Shown piece after piece: positions 59,050 through 64,000 of a DNA stretch of 64,000 nt. Position 1 is the first letter of the stretch. Every line of letters begins with the position of its first letter. Where the stretch lies: the IMG/VR virus record IMGVR_UViG_3300036893_000013, positions 48,038 through 112,037 of that record; one strand, given 5' to 3'. The translations under genes and the position numbers were made by a program. The notes beneath the pieces are model-generated. The model was not told where the DNA came from and ran no database searches. It worked only from the letters and a program-made list of their open reading frames with translations. The stretch comes from a virus.

Positions 59050-59973
59050 ATGGCAGTCATATGGAATGAAGCGGCAGGAGTGGACAGAACCGCCAACGGC
59101 GGGTATACGGTCCTCCCTAAAAACGTTGTACTAAAACCAGAGTTCAGCGGAAGGTCAGAAGAAACTGATGTTTCTGAACTAGCTGAGGATATTAAACATA
59201 ATAAACAAATTGTTCCAGCGCTCTGCTATAAGGACGAGGATGGCTGGCCGGTCCTAATTGCTGGTCATCGTAGACTGAGAGCTATCTCTCTTATTAACGA
59301 GGGCCTTCCGGAAGAAGATCAACTCCGTCTAAAGTTCAACTATGAGAAGGTAAAAAGTGAGGAGGAAGCTCTTGACATTACAGTTGCAGAAAACAGAAAC
59401 CGAACAGACATAAATCCGCTCGATGATAGCTACAACATCTCAGTGTATATGACTAAGTTCGGGAAAGGTATTGAAGAAATTGCCCTTAAGTACTTCCCGG
59501 GGGCAAAAGATGAAAAACTTAAGTCTGCTATTATTTGGGTTAGAGAACGTCAAAGATTGTTAGAACTATCTCCTGAAGCGCAGGAAAGGCTTCGTAATGG
59601 GGAATTCTCTACCTCTGCTGCCCTGCAATTAGCTAAACTCCAGCCAACAGAACAGAACCGGGCAATTCAAAACGCGGAGAAGTCTGGAAAGAAACTCAAG
59701 GTGAAGGATGCTATTGCAGCTAAGAGAGCTGAAACCAACCCAACTCCTGCTAAGCTATTGAAGAAACTCAAGATACTGGCAGAAGTAGCTGGGGCCTTGG
59801 CTGCTGAAGATATGGCTAAGGAATTTCATCGGAGCAGAGACCCGGAGATGATCAAAGAGTTTGCCCCCCAGCTTCTTGTAATGTGCTACAAACTAGGGAT
59901 TGCTTTAGAACCACACTCCCAGAAATGGGCTGAAGAAAACAAAAGCCTACAAACAGCTTTTGATGGTGTATAA
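59050..59973 (+). CDS. ParB/Srx N-terminal domain protein
   Basis: LAEDIK..QIVP, LIAGHRRLRA, EN..R.DINPLD. Confidence 0.85.
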   Translation: MAVIWNEAAGVDRTANGGYTVLPKNVVLKPEFSGRSEETDVSELAEDIKHNKQIVPALCYKDEDGWPVLIAGHRRLRAISLINEGLPEEDQLRLKFNYEKVKSEEEALDITVAENRNRTDINPLDDSYNISVYMTKFGKGIEEIALKYFPGAKDEKLKSAIIWVRERQRLLELSPEAQERLRNGEFSTSAALQLAKLQPTEQNRAIQNAEKSGKKLKVKDAIAAKRAETNPTPAKLLKKLKILAEVAGALAAEDMAKEFHRSRDPEMIKEFAPQLLVMCYKLGIALEPHSQKWAEENKSLQTAFDGV

Positions 59974-60384
59974 ATGACTCTAAAGGGTACTGATTTAGAC
60001 CAAATGTTTACCCTACAAAAGGGTTTATGTTTCTGGTGCGGAAGGGAAATGTTGCCTATAGGGTCTCCAGACTGTCTTCCGCTATCCCCTACTAGGGATC
60101 ATATTATACCCAAAGCAGCTAAACCGCCCAAAGCTAAACCGGGGTCTCTATCAGAGAATGTAAAAGCGTGCTGTTACGAATGTAATAACCTCCGAAGCAG
60201 CTTCAACCCAGAAGCTATTAGGGTCCAAAGAGAAGAACAACAGAGACGAATTGACAAGCACACTGTAACCATCGGCAAACTGAAAGATTTAGTAGTAGAA
60301 CAAGAAACAATAATCAAGAGGCTTAGTAATCAGTTATTAGATAAACTAGAGACCTCTTGGTGGAAAAGGATATGGAGAAAATGA
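59974..60384 (+). CDS. HNH endonuclease
   Basis: CFWCG..TRDHIIP..N...CCYECN. Confidence 0.8.
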   Translation: MTLKGTDLDQMFTLQKGLCFWCGREMLPIGSPDCLPLSPTRDHIIPKAAKPPKAKPGSLSENVKACCYECNNLRSSFNPEAIRVQREEQQRRIDKHTVTIGKLKDLVVEQETIIKRLSNQLLDKLETSWWKRIWRK

Positions 60385-60854
60385 AAAAAGCACTCAACAA
60401 AGCAGGAATCCTACAACTAGCTGACGATCTAGTCGCTCATCCTAAGTTATACGCACAACATACCTTCGGGCAAAAAGAAGCTTGTGGTACCATTCGGTGT
60501 TTGGCTGGGCAGTGCTTAGCCTCAGAAATCGGAATGCGAAAATATAACAAACTTGTTCAAAAATTCTGGAGCTGCGAGGAGGATTATGTTGGGGAGTTCA
60601 CAAATAGCTGCATTGCTTCAGGTAAAAAACAGTTGGGGATTACCACCACGAAGCCATATCCGACAATATTTGATACTATAAATGAATGGCCCCTCGATCT
60701 TCAAAAGGAATACTACGAGGCTACAACCCCGAAACAGCACGTCATCGTAGCTCTAAAGGCCCTACAGCGTCTCCGGCCTAACGGTACTATCGACAACAAG
60801 GACGTTGTACACACCGAAATACCGCAGCTAGCATCCCTTAAGGAGGGTAAATGA
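60381..60854 (+). CDS. Paralog family A protein (divergent)
   Basis: ILQLADDL..CGTIRCLAG..WP. Confidence 0.65.
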   Translation: MKKALNKAGILQLADDLVAHPKLYAQHTFGQKEACGTIRCLAGQCLASEIGMRKYNKLVQKFWSCEEDYVGEFTNSCIASGKKQLGITTTKPYPTIFDTINEWPLDLQKEYYEATTPKQHVIVALKALQRLRPNGTIDNKDVVHTEIPQLASLKEGK

Positions 60855-61102
60855 TCTACACCGACGAACAAATCGAGGCAATGACAACAGAAGAAAAGAC
60901 GAAAATGTGCCGGGATAAAATAAAGGAGAAGTATCCCGAACTTAGCCCGGAAATGCGGGACAACATATTGAAGGATTACTACTGGTGGTATAAGGCAGGC
61001 ATAGACGAGGGTGCAAAACAGGCCCTAGAGGATTATCTACCAAAAATCTTGGAAGAAGCCTTGGGAGCAACTAACATAAAAGTAAAAGCATTCAAGAACT
61101 AA
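60851..61102 (+). CDS. Hypothetical protein
   Basis: RBS, coupling. Confidence 0.55.
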   Translation: MIYTDEQIEAMTTEEKTKMCRDKIKEKYPELSPEMRDNILKDYYWWYKAGIDEGAKQALEDYLPKILEEALGATNIKVKAFKN

Positions 61103-61114
61103 AAACTAAAAAAA

Positions 61115-61408
61115 TTATTCAGCCGGAGGCCCAGCCTCCGGTTTTTTTTGTTCCTCTTCCTTAACTTTTTTCCCCTCCAACGCCTTGATAATCGCTCTTT
61201 CCTTATCCGTTTTTTTCCTCGGGATACGTCGCATAGGAAGGGCCTCAAGAGCGATCTTAGCGGCCTGTATACGCTCCGCAACGGTAGCGTTAGGGTCTTC
61301 CAATATATCTGTTAAAGCGGCTAGCAGCCGGTTGGCATACCCTGTGATCTTCCTTTTTCCGGATTGCGGAGAAGGAGGATTGTATCCGGACTTTCCTTTT
61401 ACAAACAT
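61115..61408 (-). CDS. DUF5681-like / possible terminase small subunit
   Basis: FVKGKSGYNP N-terminus, helical ERIQAAK..L; the only credible reverse gene in this block. Confidence 0.45.
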   Translation of the reverse strand: MFVKGKSGYNPPSPQSGKRKITGYANRLLAALTDILEDPNATVAERIQAAKIALEALPMRRIPRKKTDKERAIIKALEGKKVKEEEQKKPEAGPPAE

Positions 61409-61728
61409 TTTTTCCTTTTACTATATTGATGCAGTAAGCTGCTTCAGAATATACAGGGGGACACCCCCTGTAACCCCCACTTGACTGGCCGTTCCGCCTT
61501 CGGCTGCACGGAGTCATTATTTTTATCTTTAGTTTTATTAGCAGTTAAAGAAGGATTATATTTGATTACTTCTTTTACTGTTAGTATGAAATATAAAGAT
61601 AATGATAATTCCGTCGATGGACGAGTATACGAGTCCGAGCCAAATGAAGCCAGCGTAGCGTTAGCGGAGCTATCCAGATTAGTACAGGTACCAGTTAATT
61701 CACTTCAGGATTCCCCTTACATATATAT

Positions 61729-61822
61729 ATGTTAACACGCATTTTCCGAAAAGTCAAGGGTTTTTAACAAACTTTTAACAATTCTTTTTTAATTTGACTT
61801 TTGCTACGAAAAATGCTATAAA
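61729..61822. promoter_or_regulatory. Divergent promoter pair
   Basis: Minus: TTGACT-17-TAACAT (61757-61729); plus: TTGACT-17-TATAAA (61794-61822), 5 nt before ATG 61828. Confidence 0.7.
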
Positions 61823-61827
61823 TAAAC

Positions 61828-62010
61828 ATGAGTAAAAAGAGCCAATTGCACACTAATTTAAAGATCGCTAAAGAAAAAACACTTAAAGCCATTAAAAGTG
61901 GGGTAGCGCTAGAAAGGCACAAAAGAACACATAGAGGTACTTTTGACCCCAATTGTCCTGCGTGTTTGGAGTTGACTTGTAAGATGAACTGTAGTACTAT
62001 GGAGGAATAA
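61828..62010 (+). CDS. Small hypothetical protein (leaderless)
   Basis: H..H..CPAC. Confidence 0.5.
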   Translation: MSKKSQLHTNLKIAKEKTLKAIKSGVALERHKRTHRGTFDPNCPACLELTCKMNCSTMEE

Positions 62011-62849
62011 TGATAAAAATTACAAACATTTGGGGTGAAGGGGAAGTTAAGTACAAAAGTTTTGTATTTTCCGGTGGGGAAGTACAGGTTAAGTTAGAAG
62101 AAGAAGATACACTTTATGAATTATATTATAAACCGTTACCGTTACGTTACAATCTTACCGCCCATCTGACTAACTCTAATGATATCTTTGAGTTGGCTCT
62201 ATTAGCAGACGCGCTAAGACGTAGACACGGCAAGTCTTTGGAGCTATGCCTTACTCTTCCTTATGTACCATACGCTAGACAAGATAGAGCTATGACGGAT
62301 GGGGAGAGTCTAGCCCTTAAGGTATTTGCAAACTTCCTTAACTCGTTAAAGTTTGATAGCGTAGAGGTATGGGATGTACACAGCGACGTGGCTTTGGCTC
62401 TGATAGACAGATCGCGTAACAAACCTGCGGAGGACCTATTTACCTCTAGGGTCATCACAGAAGCCGTTAGGGGGTCTAGTCTGGTATCTCCAGATGCCGG
62501 AAGCCTAAAGAAGGTAAACAAAATAGCTCAAAAGTTTGGAAGGCCAGTTATACAGGCTTCTAAAAACAGGTCAGTAACCGATGGAAGTATTACCGGTACG
62601 GTGGTATATTCCGAACATCTTGGGGATAAGAACGTCCTTATTGTCGATGATATCTGTGACGGGGGAAGAACCTTCATTGAGTTAGCTAAAGAACTAAGAC
62701 AGTTAACTACAGGTAAGATAGACCTTTATGTAACACATGGAATTTTTTCTAAGGGTTTAGACGTACTGTTTGAGCACATAGACACTGTATACTGTGCCGT
62801 GCCGTTCCCTAGCGTAGATCGCAGTAACCCTAATTTGGTTGTGTTATGA
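62010..62849 (+). CDS. prs: Ribose-phosphate pyrophosphokinase-like (possible Adps of NARP1)
   Basis: FSGGE, PYVPYARQDR, DVHS, SPDAG, IVDDICDGGRTF, VTHGIFS. Confidence 0.9.
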   Translation: MIKITNIWGEGEVKYKSFVFSGGEVQVKLEEEDTLYELYYKPLPLRYNLTAHLTNSNDIFELALLADALRRRHGKSLELCLTLPYVPYARQDRAMTDGESLALKVFANFLNSLKFDSVEVWDVHSDVALALIDRSRNKPAEDLFTSRVITEAVRGSSLVSPDAGSLKKVNKIAQKFGRPVIQASKNRSVTDGSITGTVVYSEHLGDKNVLIVDDICDGGRTFIELAKELRQLTTGKIDLYVTHGIFSKGLDVLFEHIDTVYCAVPFPSVDRSNPNLVVL

Positions 62850-63277
62850 AGTTTGACCCTTATATGAATGGTAGAGTATGTGTAGATCGTCTCATGGACG
62901 AATATCATGCTCACAAGAAACTTATAATAGCCGTGGACTTTGATGATACGGTTTATGATATACACAGCAAAGGATTCCAGTTTCCGGAAATTTGGGACTT
63001 GTTAAAAGAATGCAAAAGCAAAGGGTTCTATATAGTAGTTTTTACTGCTAGTGCTCCAGAAAGATATGAATTTATTACTCAACACTTTAAAGATAATGGG
63101 ATAGTAATTGATTCTATCAATAAGAATCCCATTGAACTAACTTACGGAAACCACGGCAAGATATATTACAATATCCTCCTAGATGATAGAGCCGGGTTAG
63201 GACAAGCATTTAGTATCTTAAACATAGTGTTACAAAGGATTAGAAAGGAAATTGAGGATAATTGCAAAGTAAGTTAA
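62846..63277 (+). CDS. HAD-superfamily hydrolase
   Basis: IAVDFDDT, FTA, K..Y..LDDRA. Confidence 0.8.
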   Translation: MKFDPYMNGRVCVDRLMDEYHAHKKLIIAVDFDDTVYDIHSKGFQFPEIWDLLKECKSKGFYIVVFTASAPERYEFITQHFKDNGIVIDSINKNPIELTYGNHGKIYYNILLDDRAGLGQAFSILNIVLQRIRKEIEDNCKVS

Positions 63278-63512
63278 GAGATTTTTACGTCTATTTGTTA
63301 CTTAGGGAGAATGGAACCCCGTTCTATGTTGGTAAAGGTAGAAAAGATAGATGGAAACATCACGAAAAGAGATGTTACAAAAACAATACTCACAAAGATA
63401 AAGTTCTCCGTCATATGTTAGATATGAAGGAAAAAGTTATTTACATAAAATTTGCAGAAAATCTAACTGATGATGCTGCTAAGCATCTAGAAAAAGAGCT
63501 TATAAAAAAGAT

Positions 63513-63891
63513 GGGATTTACGTACTTGACTCCCTTGGAGGGGAGAACGCATGAAATACGAGATGAACCGAGAAGTTCTGAGCGCCGTCCATGACGAGCG
63601 TGTCTTTCAGAATCGCAAATGGGGAACTGTTGACGAACATCCTCACGAGGTCGGGGGATACCTGACGATCATGCGGAAATTACTCACAGATGCTGAGGCG
63701 GCCTGGGCGTCAAATCGTGGCGATGAAGGTGCCTTAGATGAAATTCGCAAAGTTGTAGCGGTCGGATTTGCTTGCATGGAGCAACACGGAGTTCCGATTC
63801 GATCACCACTAGCGTTCATCGCTCTGCAAGGTGGTCATGTACGTCACAGCGTTGAGGGTGAATGAATCAGGGACTCAAGTATATAAGTCCC
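63513..63891. mobile_element. Non-autonomous mobile insertion cassette (IS1595-family-like ends)
   Basis: TIRs GGGATTTACGTACTTGACTCCCT / AGGGACTCAAGTATATAAGTCCC (19/23), TSD AAAAAGAT at 63505-63512 and 63892-63899. Confidence 0.85.
63551..63865 (+). CDS. MazG-like all-alpha NTP pyrophosphatase (cassette passenger)
   Basis: ERVFQ..KWG..EVG..DEIRKVVAV..ACME. Confidence 0.6.
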   Translation: MKYEMNREVLSAVHDERVFQNRKWGTVDEHPHEVGGYLTIMRKLLTDAEAAWASNRGDEGALDEIRKVVAVGFACMEQHGVPIRSPLAFIALQGGHVRHSVEGE

Positions 63892-64000
63892 AAAAAGATA
63901 GGCAGGCATCCGAAAGGGTCTTTAACTAACGGAACGGACGGTGGAGATGGAACTACTAACTTTTCTTCCGAGGTAATAGAAAGAATTAAAAAGAAATTAC

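Larger units (their letters stand above)
63262..64000 (+). pseudogene. GIY-YIG homing endonuclease interrupted by insertion
   Basis: YVY..FYVGKG..R..H..E.ELIKK | IGRHPKGSLTNGTDGGDG; frame restored after removing 63513-63899. Confidence 0.85.

Noticed and set aside
63862-64000. Independent gene at the right edge
   Set aside because: It is the C-terminal half of the interrupted GIY-YIG endonuclease

Overview
A 64 kb piece of a large tailed dsDNA phage with podovirus-like architecture (~41% GC by eye, standard genetic code). The domain repertoire of its secreted proteins suggests an Acidobacteriota-type soil host (inference). Positions 1-39.9 kb are one minus-strand late region: TerL, a GT2 glycosyltransferase, portal, scaffold, an N4-gp56-type major capsid protein, two adaptor paralogs, a tail nozzle-like gene running off the left end, two atypical tRNAs and several structured non-coding RNAs. 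Eight fibre, lectin and glycanase genes inside the virion module carry Sec-type signal peptides and are Cys-rich. From 40.4 kb onward is a plus-strand early/middle region of promoter-terminator cassettes with many small genes. It includes several internal paralog families, vWA and TerC, an ART-like protein, ParB-like, HNH, a PRS/Adps-like enzyme and a HAD protein. A transposase-less 379-bp cassette (23-bp TIRs, 8-bp TSD) carrying a MazG-like gene splits a GIY-YIG endonuclease at the right end. The main leads are the exported, disulfide-rich virion appendage module, the array of unknown structured RNAs separated by AAGUUU linkers, a pseudoknotted RNA right after the capsid gene, and the gene-carrying mini-transposon. 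All family calls come from motif recognition by eye; no searches were run.
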